The notes beneath the pieces are model-generated. The model was not told where the DNA came from, ran no database searches, and was given only the letters and a program-made list of their open reading frames with translations. The position numbers were made by a program, and so were the translations under genes. This document shows positions 16,662 to 23,869 of a stretch of 40,677 nt of DNA, in pieces (within the stretch, counting starts at the first letter, position 1; each line of letters starts with the position of its first letter). The stretch covers positions 1 through 40,677 of the forward strand of contig DAEG01000019.1 in the NCBI GenBank assembly GCA_002495235.1. Direction: 5' to 3'. The stretch comes from Euryarchaeota archaeon UBA287 (GTDB lineage: Archaea > Thermoplasmatota > UBA186 > UBA287).

Positions 16662-17497
16662 ATCGCATCCCCCAGCAGATGACTGCCATCGCAGCTTATG
16701 CCAGTGTTGATATCAAATCCCTCTCTGCAGCATGAGAACGTCAGACCACTCTCATCACACGCCTCTCTCACTTTCAGCATGAGTCCCAGCCTTGTGTCCT
16801 CTGGCAGGTAGTAACTACCTCCCTTTCTGTCCGTGTACATCCCTCTCCATCCGATCTGCGGGAAAGATCTCTCCAGTCTCGTCAATGAATCACTCCGCGG
16901 CTTTAAGGTCGATGAGGTGACGTGCTCCACGTGGTCTCCAGCGTGGTGGATGACCCAGCATACACTCTCATAGGAGTCATTTATGCCCGGTATCACAGGA
17001 TCCAGGCGCAGGGTGCACCTTATGCCACCATCGCTCAAAGCCTTGAGAGCCTCGATCCTTTTTTCGGAGCTGGGTGCTCCGGGCTCTATCCTCCTGGTAT
17101 CCTTGGCCGTCACCGTCATGCTGACCACGTTTTTACCCATGAGGTCCAGATCCCTAGCCACAAGGTCTGATTTCGTCACGATCTGAAATCCTATACCGTG
17201 CTGGTCAAGGATCCGTAACACATCTCGCGTTATCCCGAGAATCCTCTCTTCAGGCGGATAGGGATCGCTCGAATTTGATAGGGAGATGAACCTGATACCC
17301 TCACCTGACATTTTCACTTCCCGCTCTACTTCCCTGATAGCATTCTTTTTGGGCCTTGAACGGAAGGGGTCCTTTATGTAGCTGCTTATGTAACAGTAGA
17401 GGCATCCGTGCGAACATCCTGTGTAAGGGTTCAGCGAGTGCTTCGGAGGACACGTGCACATGCCGCTCTTCCACGGATCGAACCTTGTTATGAGCAC
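16658..17497 (-). CDS. Radical SAM protein (SplB/COG1533-like), function unknown
   Basis: It carries the CxxxCxxC cluster motif CSHGCLYCY near the N-terminus. Its TGA overlaps the trmI ATG (ATGA at 16658-16661). Confidence 0.8.
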   Translation of the reverse strand: MLITRFDPWKSGMCTCPPKHSLNPYTGCSHGCLYCYISSYIKDPFRSRPKKNAIREVEREVKMSGEGIRFISLSNSSDPYPPEERILGITRDVLRILDQHGIGFQIVTKSDLVARDLDLMGKNVVSMTVTAKDTRRIEPGAPSSEKRIEALKALSDGGIRCTLRLDPVIPGINDSYESVCWVIHHAGDHVEHVTSSTLKPRSDSLTRLERSFPQIGWRGMYTDRKGGSYYLPEDTRLGLMLKVREACDESGLTFSCCREGFDINTGISCDGSHLLGDAI

Positions 17498-17540
17498 ACA
17501 GGAATATGAATTTACTTCGTTAAAAACATTTATTCCGCTG

Positions 17541-17852
17541 TCACACCTTTGTCGTGATGGAATACTTGCAGTTCGTTCCCCTGAGTGTCTTGTCTATCCT
17601 GTCGATCAGCCACTTTATGTCGTCGATGGTAGGATCCCTGCTCCACTCGAACACGAAATCATATTCTCCCACGGTGGTGATGCTCTTTCCGGCTATTATG
17701 TCCACGCCTTTTATGTAGCTCGGCTTAAACTCCACCTTTGGAGCGATCGTCTCTTCAGAGCGCATCGGCAGTTCGCTGGCCAGCGCCTCAAGCCTCTCCA
17801 GTCCCCTCAGTATGGAGGGCCCCCACAGCTTTATATAGCTCTTCATAAACAA
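17541..17852 (-). CDS. Hypothetical protein (103 aa)
   Basis: A clean ORF on the same strand between the Zn-ribbon gene and the radical SAM gene. Its composition is protein-like. I recognise no motif. Confidence 0.45.
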   Translation of the reverse strand: MFMKSYIKLWGPSILRGLERLEALASELPMRSEETIAPKVEFKPSYIKGVDIIAGKSITTVGEYDFVFEWSRDPTIDDIKWLIDRIDKTLRGTNCKYSITTKV

Positions 17853-17888
17853 ACAGCAACATTCTCTTATTTATAGGTTGTTGCTCCA

Positions 17889-18050
17889 TCAGACATAGCT
17901 GGTCTCCAGCAGATCCTCGTCTAGCACTCCAACAAAGGAAAAGCCGCAGTCAAGGCACACGAGCCTGTCCGTTGCGATGATCGTGTCGCCCTCCTCTATG
18001 TAGCGGCCATTCATCGTGCCGAGACACCTCGGGCACACGTCGGATCTCAT
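17889..18050 (-). CDS. Small zinc-ribbon protein (53 aa)
   Basis: MRSDVCPRCLGTM...LVCLDCGF contains two CxxC pairs. Its ATG overlaps the pyrK TGA (ATGA at 18047-18050). The longer track ORF (to 18143) lies inside pyrK and is discounted. Confidence 0.5.
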   Translation of the reverse strand: MRSDVCPRCLGTMNGRYIEEGDTIIATDRLVCLDCGFSFVGVLDEDLLETSYV

Positions 18051-18745
18051 CCGAAGATCCTGTCCAGGTCCCTGACCACTGGGCCCTCCCTGCACACGAT
18101 GAAACCGTTTATGGTGCAGCTGTCGCATATGCCTATGGCGCACTTCATGTAACTCTCCAGAGACGCCTCCGCCTTTATCTTGTGTTCGTGAAGCGTTTTT
18201 AACATCCCCATGGGTCCACAGGAGTATACGTGCCCTTCGGGTCGAGCGCTGATGAAAAGGTCAACAACATTGCCTTTGAAGCCCATGGATCCGTCATCCG
18301 TTGCTGTGCGCAGATGCGCGCATCTCCCGGCTATCTCATCCACAAATGGCAGGTATTCTGCACTTCTCGCTCCAAGGAATACATGATCTCCCTCAGCCAC
18401 GAGAGGCAGCAGGGATGCCATGCCTATGCCTCCGGCTATGAGCACCTTTTTTCCGGCACTTGGAGAGAAGCCGTTGCCGAACGGGCCTCTTATGGAGATG
18501 TCTTCAGCAGTTAGCAGAGCCTCTGTCCCCTTCCCCTTTCTGAGAGCGGTTATGCTCGAGACCCCGCCTATCCTCGAGAGGGACATGGGAAACTCGTCTA
18601 TGCCGGGCAGCCACACCATGACAAACTGACCGGGTGAAGCCGCAGAGCACAGAGGGTCTTCGAAGTATATGCTCTCCGTGTCCTCTGCTTCTCTCTTTCT
18701 CTCCAGCACCCTTATTCTTCTGTACTCTCCTGCGCGCATGCTCAC
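18047..18745 (-). CDS. pyrK: Dihydroorotate dehydrogenase (class 1B) electron-transfer subunit
   Basis: It has an FAD/NAD-binding ferredoxin-reductase fold and a C-terminal 2Fe-2S motif (CAIGICDSCT). It overlaps pyrD by 4 nt. Confidence 0.85.
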   Translation of the reverse strand: MSMRAGEYRRIRVLERKREAEDTESIYFEDPLCSAASPGQFVMVWLPGIDEFPMSLSRIGGVSSITALRKGKGTEALLTAEDISIRGPFGNGFSPSAGKKVLIAGGIGMASLLPLVAEGDHVFLGARSAEYLPFVDEIAGRCAHLRTATDDGSMGFKGNVVDLFISARPEGHVYSCGPMGMLKTLHEHKIKAEASLESYMKCAIGICDSCTINGFIVCREGPVVRDLDRIFG

Positions 18746-19650
18746 CTCCTGTGGGCTATGCCCACGATGTCATCAAGCCTGAGTTCCTTTCTCTCCAGAA
18801 ACTCGAGCATCTCTCTCTTGATATCCTCGAAGATCTTCAGCCCTCTGTAATGGATCCCGGAGCCTACACCTACCGCGCTAGCTCCGGCCATGATGTACTC
18901 TACGACATCGTTTCCGCAGAGCACTCCACCAATGCCTATCACTGGCAGATCCACCTCTCCGGTGATCTCATAAACACATCTTATGCCTATGGGCTTTATC
19001 GCGGGGCCGCTCATCCCTCCTATCCTGCAGCTCAGTATGGGCTGAAAGGACTCCACATCGATCTTCATACCCCTGACGGTGTTTATCGCAGCTATGCCAT
19101 CCGCGCCTCCCTCCTCGCACGCTTTTGCCAGATCGACGATGCTTCGCACGTTGGGGGTGAGCTTTACAAAGACAGGGATGTCTGTTACTCTCTTGACCTC
19201 CCTGGTTATCTCGAGAACGGTGTCTGGATCGCTCCCCACTTCATCCCCGAAGCCCCTCGCATTCGGACAGCTGAGATTGAGTTCTATCGCAGAGGATCCG
19301 TAATCTTCCATCCTTCTAGCAAGAGCCGCAAAGCCGTCCGCCTCTGAAGCGAAGATGCTGCCTATGATAACACCATCTGGTCTCCTATTCCTCATGATCT
19401 CCATCTCTCTCGCAAAGGCGTCTATCCCCGGATTTGGCAGTCCCATGCCGTTCAGCAGCCCGCATTCGGTTTCCGCTATGACGGGATTATCATTCCCTTT
19501 TCTCTCACCAGAGCCTATGGATTTTGTGGTCACGGCGGAAGCTCCCGCCTCAAGCAGTCTGAGCATGCTCTCCGCACGCTCGTCAAGGATCCCTGAAGCG
19601 GAGATCAGGGGGCTGTCAAGCCTGATGCCACACAGCTCAACACCGAGCAT
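18742..19650 (-). CDS. pyrD: Dihydroorotate dehydrogenase, catalytic subunit
   Basis: 302 aa of typical PyrD sequence (SASGIL...TTKSI...NLSCPN...GGVLCGNDVVEYIMAGASAV). Confidence 0.9.
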   Translation of the reverse strand: MLGVELCGIRLDSPLISASGILDERAESMLRLLEAGASAVTTKSIGSGERKGNDNPVIAETECGLLNGMGLPNPGIDAFAREMEIMRNRRPDGVIIGSIFASEADGFAALARRMEDYGSSAIELNLSCPNARGFGDEVGSDPDTVLEITREVKRVTDIPVFVKLTPNVRSIVDLAKACEEGGADGIAAINTVRGMKIDVESFQPILSCRIGGMSGPAIKPIGIRCVYEITGEVDLPVIGIGGVLCGNDVVEYIMAGASAVGVGSGIHYRGLKIFEDIKREMLEFLERKELRLDDIVGIAHRR

Positions 19651-19671
19651 GAATGTTATGGCATAGCTGGC

Positions 19672-19682
19672 TTATATATTTA
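19672..19682. promoter_or_regulatory. Single near-palindromic TATA element shared by divergent pyrD and the metallophosphoesterase gene
   Basis: TTATATATTTA is centred about 27 nt from the pyrD ATG (19650, minus strand) and about 28 nt from the GTG at 19705 (plus strand). Confidence 0.45.
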
Positions 19683-19704
19683 AATGATTAACCTGATTAC
19701 CTGC

Positions 19705-20571
19705 GTGAAGTATCTGGCCGTATCCGATCTTCATCTCGGCAGAGTGGCGGCGGATGATGAAGGATACCGCAGGAATGTATCCCGGGTGATAACGCGGATA
19801 AGGGAAGAAAACCCGGACAGACTCGTGCTGCTGGGAGACATCATAGACACATTGTACAGCAGAGACCTAGAGGAGAACAGACACAGTGACCTTTTATTTG
19901 AACTTCTTGACTCGTGTGATGATGTCGTTTATGTGCCCGGTAACCATGATCTGCTGTACAAGGATAAAGAGCGGCTAGATAAGGCGCGGATCTTTTATCC
20001 CTTCTACACAAAGGACGGCATCATGTTCATACACGGACATCAGTTTGACATATTCCATGTGTTTCCATTCAGATACAGGGATATCAACAGGGTTCTCAAC
20101 TTCGTGGACAGATTCTGGGAGTTCTGCCCGAAGATATTCGAGGAAGTGGAGAGAGCCTACTCCGACAGAGGGGAGAAAACGGTTGAGGCGATAAAGTATG
20201 ACCTAGTCATGATGAGGGCAAGGACCTTCGTGAGGATCATGTCACGGGTCTTCGGTCGTATGATCTTGAGAGGGGAATTGGAGGAGATGAGCGCCAGCGC
20301 ATTCACGCTCTTCAGCATAGTGATACCCAAGGTGCTCAGGAGTGAGCCGTTCTACTCAAGCAATCCCGGCGTCCTTGATCAAAAGATGAAGGAATACGGA
20401 AGGTACTGGACCTCTGAAGAATTCAATACCGTGTGCTACGGACACACACACAGACCCCTGCTGCTCAGGGGCAGCAATTTCTCCTTCATCAATTCCGGGT
20501 GTGTGTACGAAGGATCCGCCAGCTATGCAGTGCTTGACGGCGCAGGACTAATGCGAGTTGAAAAACTTTAA
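19705..20571 (+). CDS. Calcineurin-like metallophosphoesterase
   Basis: It has the motifs SDLHLG, LLGDIID, GNHD, HGH and GHTH. I prefer the GTG at 19705 (giving M-KYLAVSDLHLG) over the ATG at 19684, because the only TATA box lies 10 nt from 19684 but 28 nt from 19705. Confidence 0.8.
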   Translation: MKYLAVSDLHLGRVAADDEGYRRNVSRVITRIREENPDRLVLLGDIIDTLYSRDLEENRHSDLLFELLDSCDDVVYVPGNHDLLYKDKERLDKARIFYPFYTKDGIMFIHGHQFDIFHVFPFRYRDINRVLNFVDRFWEFCPKIFEEVERAYSDRGEKTVEAIKYDLVMMRARTFVRIMSRVFGRMILRGELEEMSASAFTLFSIVIPKVLRSEPFYSSNPGVLDQKMKEYGRYWTSEEFNTVCYGHTHRPLLLRGSNFSFINSGCVYEGSASYAVLDGAGLMRVEKL

Positions 20572-20574
20572 AAA
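20566..20574 (+). promoter_or_regulatory. TATA box for PCNA, overlapping the stop codon of the upstream gene
   Basis: CTTTAAAAA is centred about 26 nt upstream of the ATG at 20596. Confidence 0.4.
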
Positions 20575-20595
20575 CAAACACCTCATTCCATTTTT

Positions 20596-21330
20596 ATGTT
20601 TGAGGCGAAGGGCAGAGTTGAGATTTTCAAGAGGATCGTTGAAGTCATATCCGTCATAGTCAGCGAAGTGAAATACAGCATAAAGGAGGATGGACTGCAC
20701 ATCAAGGCCGTGGACCCAGCGCACGTGGCGATGGTAGAACTCAACATAAGCCCCAAGGCCTTCGGCGAGTACAGTGCGAGCGACACTGAGCTAGGAATAG
20801 ATCTTGACAAGCTTGACAGCATAATAAAACTGGGCAAAGGTAACGACGAAGCCGAGATGGTCTACGATGAGAGCTCTGAGAGACTCGTCGTCAAGATAGG
20901 AAATCTGGTGAGGAGGATGACACTGCTAGACGTCGCATCCATGCCCGACCTCAAGATACCAAACCTGCAGTTCCCGGCTAGGATAGAGCTCCTCAGCGAT
21001 GACCTGCTGCTCGGTGTGAGGGCCGCGCAGAGCGTCGGCGACTATGTTGTGCTTACCGCTGACAGCGAAAGCTTCGAGCTGAGTGCAGGGACTCAGGAGG
21101 AGATAAACCAGAAACTATCCAAGGATCAGTTGTCTCTATTGGAGTGCAAGGGCAAGGCCAGAAGCCTGTTCTCTCTTGATTATCTGTCAAGTCTCGCGAA
21201 AGGGATGAGGAGCGGAGAGAAGCTGACACTGCTGCTGGGTAACGATTACCCGGTGCGCATAGAGTTCGATATCCTCGAGGGCAACGGCTCCGTTGCTTAC
21301 CTGCTCGCTCCGAGGACGGAGATAGAATAG
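20596..21330 (+). CDS. pcn: DNA polymerase sliding clamp PCNA
   Basis: 244 aa with an N-terminus typical of archaeal PCNA (MFEAKGRVEIFKRIVEVIS...GLHIKAVDPAHVAMVEL). Confidence 0.9.
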   Translation: MFEAKGRVEIFKRIVEVISVIVSEVKYSIKEDGLHIKAVDPAHVAMVELNISPKAFGEYSASDTELGIDLDKLDSIIKLGKGNDEAEMVYDESSERLVVKIGNLVRRMTLLDVASMPDLKIPNLQFPARIELLSDDLLLGVRAAQSVGDYVVLTADSESFELSAGTQEEINQKLSKDQLSLLECKGKARSLFSLDYLSSLAKGMRSGEKLTLLLGNDYPVRIEFDILEGNGSVAYLLAPRTEIE

Positions 21331-21451
21331 GCGCATAAAGATCTATACGAGCTTTCCAGCACAGATAAGCTGTGAAAAACGGCGCCTGCGTTGTGCTCCT
21401 TTTCACATGTTTGGCGCCCAGCTCGCTCTTATCCGGCAAAAGCGGTGAAAT

Positions 21452-21461
21452 CCTTATATAC
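21452..21461 (+). promoter_or_regulatory. TATA box for priL-priS
   Basis: CCTTATATAC is centred about 27 nt upstream of the ATG at 21484. Confidence 0.4.
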
Positions 21462-21483
21462 GGACAGAACCAATTACAATGCA

Positions 21484-22443
21484 ATGCAGCCGACGATCCT
21501 AGCTAAGTACCCTTTTCTGCCTGAAGCATTCGATCTGGTGAAGGACGAGAGCATGGACGAGATCCTCCACTCACCCGCGTTCAACCGGGCAAGGGAGCTG
21601 GGTGTAGCGCGGGTGCAGAGGGCCCTGAAGAACGAGGATTCATTCCTGTTCATAGACGAGAGGAACTGCTTTGATGTCGTCCTGTCCTTCTTCATATCCA
21701 AGGCTATAGTATCACAGATGAACGACAGCTTCCTCCTGAGAAGGCACGCCATATTCGAGGCCAAGAACGCATATCATTACCTCGAGGAGGAGAGTAGGGA
21801 GACCGCTGACGCGGTTGCCCGGAGTCTGGGTATAAAGAGAGACAGGAACGGCGTGAGCTTTGTCACATTCCTGAAGTACTCACCGAACGCGTATGGCCAG
21901 TGGAAGCTGGCGAACTCCAGGCTCTCCGGCGGCATGGTGGAGGTGGATGACCACACATTTCTGCGGCTTGTTCAGGAAGCCGTGAGAGAGAGAGTGGAGG
22001 GCATAAAGTTCTCTGTCGATGGCCTCGAGAAGACGCTGGATCTCGGCCCGATCAGGGCAGAGCTAGCGAACAGGAAGGTCACGCACAGGGCAGACAGGGT
22101 CGAGCTGGAGAGCTTCCCTCCATGCATGAAGAGCATAATGGCCCAGATAGAGAACAGCATAAACGTCCCGCATCAGGGAAGGTTCTCCCTGGTGGCATTT
22201 CTGAACGGCATAGGGATGAAGGAGGAGGACATAATGAAGATCATGGCGCCCATCCCGGACTTTGACGACAGGATGACGAGGTATCAGGTGGAGCACATCA
22301 CCGGCAAGGAGTACTCCACCCCTTCCTGCGACACCATGCGCACATACTCGCTGTGCTTCGAGCCAGACGGGCTGTGCGCAAGGATAAAGCACCCTATGCA
22401 ATACTATGAGTACAGGCTCCATGTTTCTTCAAAAAAAGTTTAA
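21484..22443 (+). CDS. priL: DNA primase large subunit PriL
   Basis: It has the Fe-S domain motif FPPCMKSIM...VPHQGRFSLVAFLNGIGM. The ATG at 21484 has a TATA box (CCTTATATAC) 27 nt upstream. Confidence 0.85.
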   Translation: MQPTILAKYPFLPEAFDLVKDESMDEILHSPAFNRARELGVARVQRALKNEDSFLFIDERNCFDVVLSFFISKAIVSQMNDSFLLRRHAIFEAKNAYHYLEEESRETADAVARSLGIKRDRNGVSFVTFLKYSPNAYGQWKLANSRLSGGMVEVDDHTFLRLVQEAVRERVEGIKFSVDGLEKTLDLGPIRAELANRKVTHRADRVELESFPPCMKSIMAQIENSINVPHQGRFSLVAFLNGIGMKEEDIMKIMAPIPDFDDRMTRYQVEHITGKEYSTPSCDTMRTYSLCFEPDGLCARIKHPMQYYEYRLHVSSKKV

Positions 22444-23515
22444 GGAATACTACTCCAGAGCGGAGATAGGGATGCCCAGAAGATTCACCCGCCGGGAATA
22501 CGGCTTCATGTTCTTCGAAAGGCAGATGATGCTCCGCCACATCAGTTTCTCGTCCTCGCAGAAGCTCAGGAACTTCCTGACAGAGAAGGCTCCCGCGCAC
22601 GTCTTCTACTCATCCGCATACTACTCAAAGCCGTACGAGAAGGAGATGAAGGACAAGGAATGGCTCGGCGCAGACCTGATATTCGATCTGGATGCGGACC
22701 ATCTGGCGCTCCCTGAGAACTGCACATACGAGCGCATGCTGGGCATAGTTAAGAATGAGACAAAAAAGCTGCTGGACGACTTCCTGATCAGGGATTTTGG
22801 TTTTGATGATCTCGAGGTGGTCTTCAGCGGCTCCAGGGGCTACCACATACACATCTACGACAGGGAGGTCCTTGAGCTGGGCAGCAGAGAGAGAAGGGAG
22901 ATAGTCGACTACGTCACAGGCAATGGGGTCAGCATAGAGCTCATGCTGGGCAAGGACAATTATGCGGTACCCTCTGTCAGCGAGCCCGGCTGGTACGGCA
23001 GGATAGGTAGGGCGATAGGCAGCTACACGGACAGGATCCTGTCAATGGACGATGAAGAGAGGAAAAAAGAGCTGAAGAACGTAAAGGGCGTAGGTGACGT
23101 TAGGGCTGAGAGGATCTACGAAGGGTTAAAGAGGCTTAAAAAAGAGCCGCGGGCAGTAAACGCCCTGCCAAAGGAGTTCATAGAACACCTCAAGGACCGT
23201 GTGGCAATAGAGTCTAGCAGAGGCGAGGCGGATGAGCCCGTCACAAGTGATATCCACCGGCTGATAAGGCTCCCCACATCTCTCCATGGAAAGACAGGCT
23301 TTCTGGTAAAGCCTCTGACCCTCGAGGAGTTTGATGATTTCGATCCACTTCAGGATGCTGTTGTCTTTGGTGACGAAAAGGTCAGCGTCAATGTCCTGAA
23401 ACCATTCAGCATCAGGATCAAGGACTTCTCCTGTAATGCAGAGGAAGGTATAGTTGAGATGCCGGAGTACGCCGCGGTGTTTGCGTGCGCCAGAGGCTTC
23501 TGCGCAGAGGAATAG
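22421..23515 (+). CDS. priS: DNA primase small (catalytic) subunit PriS
   Basis: It has the catalytic motifs DLIFDLDADH and FSGSRGYHIHI. It overlaps the end of priL. Confidence 0.9.
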   Translation: MFLQKKFKEYYSRAEIGMPRRFTRREYGFMFFERQMMLRHISFSSSQKLRNFLTEKAPAHVFYSSAYYSKPYEKEMKDKEWLGADLIFDLDADHLALPENCTYERMLGIVKNETKKLLDDFLIRDFGFDDLEVVFSGSRGYHIHIYDREVLELGSRERREIVDYVTGNGVSIELMLGKDNYAVPSVSEPGWYGRIGRAIGSYTDRILSMDDEERKKELKNVKGVGDVRAERIYEGLKRLKKEPRAVNALPKEFIEHLKDRVAIESSRGEADEPVTSDIHRLIRLPTSLHGKTGFLVKPLTLEEFDDFDPLQDAVVFGDEKVSVNVLKPFSIRIKDFSCNAEEGIVEMPEYAAVFACARGFCAEE

Positions 23516-23554
23516 AGCTGGCAAAGCTTTTTAAATAGCTCTCCCATACACATT

Positions 23555-23836
23555 ATGGAAGTGTGGCTCAGAGGATTACTCGAGAATCTGATAGATGTTC
23601 TGATAGGCGAGAAGGTTATGTCTGAGATAAAGAGGCAGGCGAGTTATTTCATGGTGGAGGGCACCGACAAACAGAACCTCTACCTGGGATATCTCAACGG
23701 TTACGTGTCAGGCTATGCCAACGGTGCCATAATGCTCCTGTGCAGGAGGGATCCTTCGGATGAAGAGCAGGATGAGATAAGGGCTCTCATAATGCGCAGG
23801 AGTGAGGAGATACTGAGAAAACTCGGTATAATATGA
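23555..23836 (+). CDS. Hypothetical small protein (93 aa or shorter)
   Basis: An ORF on the same strand between priS and the GH31 gene. I recognise no motif, and an internal start at MSEIKRQ is possible. Confidence 0.35.
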   Translation: MEVWLRGLLENLIDVLIGEKVMSEIKRQASYFMVEGTDKQNLYLGYLNGYVSGYANGAIMLLCRRDPSDEEQDEIRALIMRRSEEILRKLGII

Positions 23837-23869
23837 TGGGCAGACTGCATGACCGGAGGGAGGCCTGAC

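Noticed and set aside
18634-19347. A 237-aa plus-strand ORF
   Set aside because: It lies entirely antisense to pyrD and the pyrK 5' end. It has no motif, and pyrD is unambiguous on the minus strand. The same reasoning applies to 26329-26949, 28859-29647, 32895-33494, 9605-10024 and 39797-40228.
21372-21406. An inverted repeat GTGAAAA-N21-TTTTCAC downstream of PCNA, considered as a terminator
   Set aside because: The stem is only 7 bp with a 21-nt loop, and archaeal termination relies mainly on oligo-T tracts. The evidence is too weak to list as a feature.
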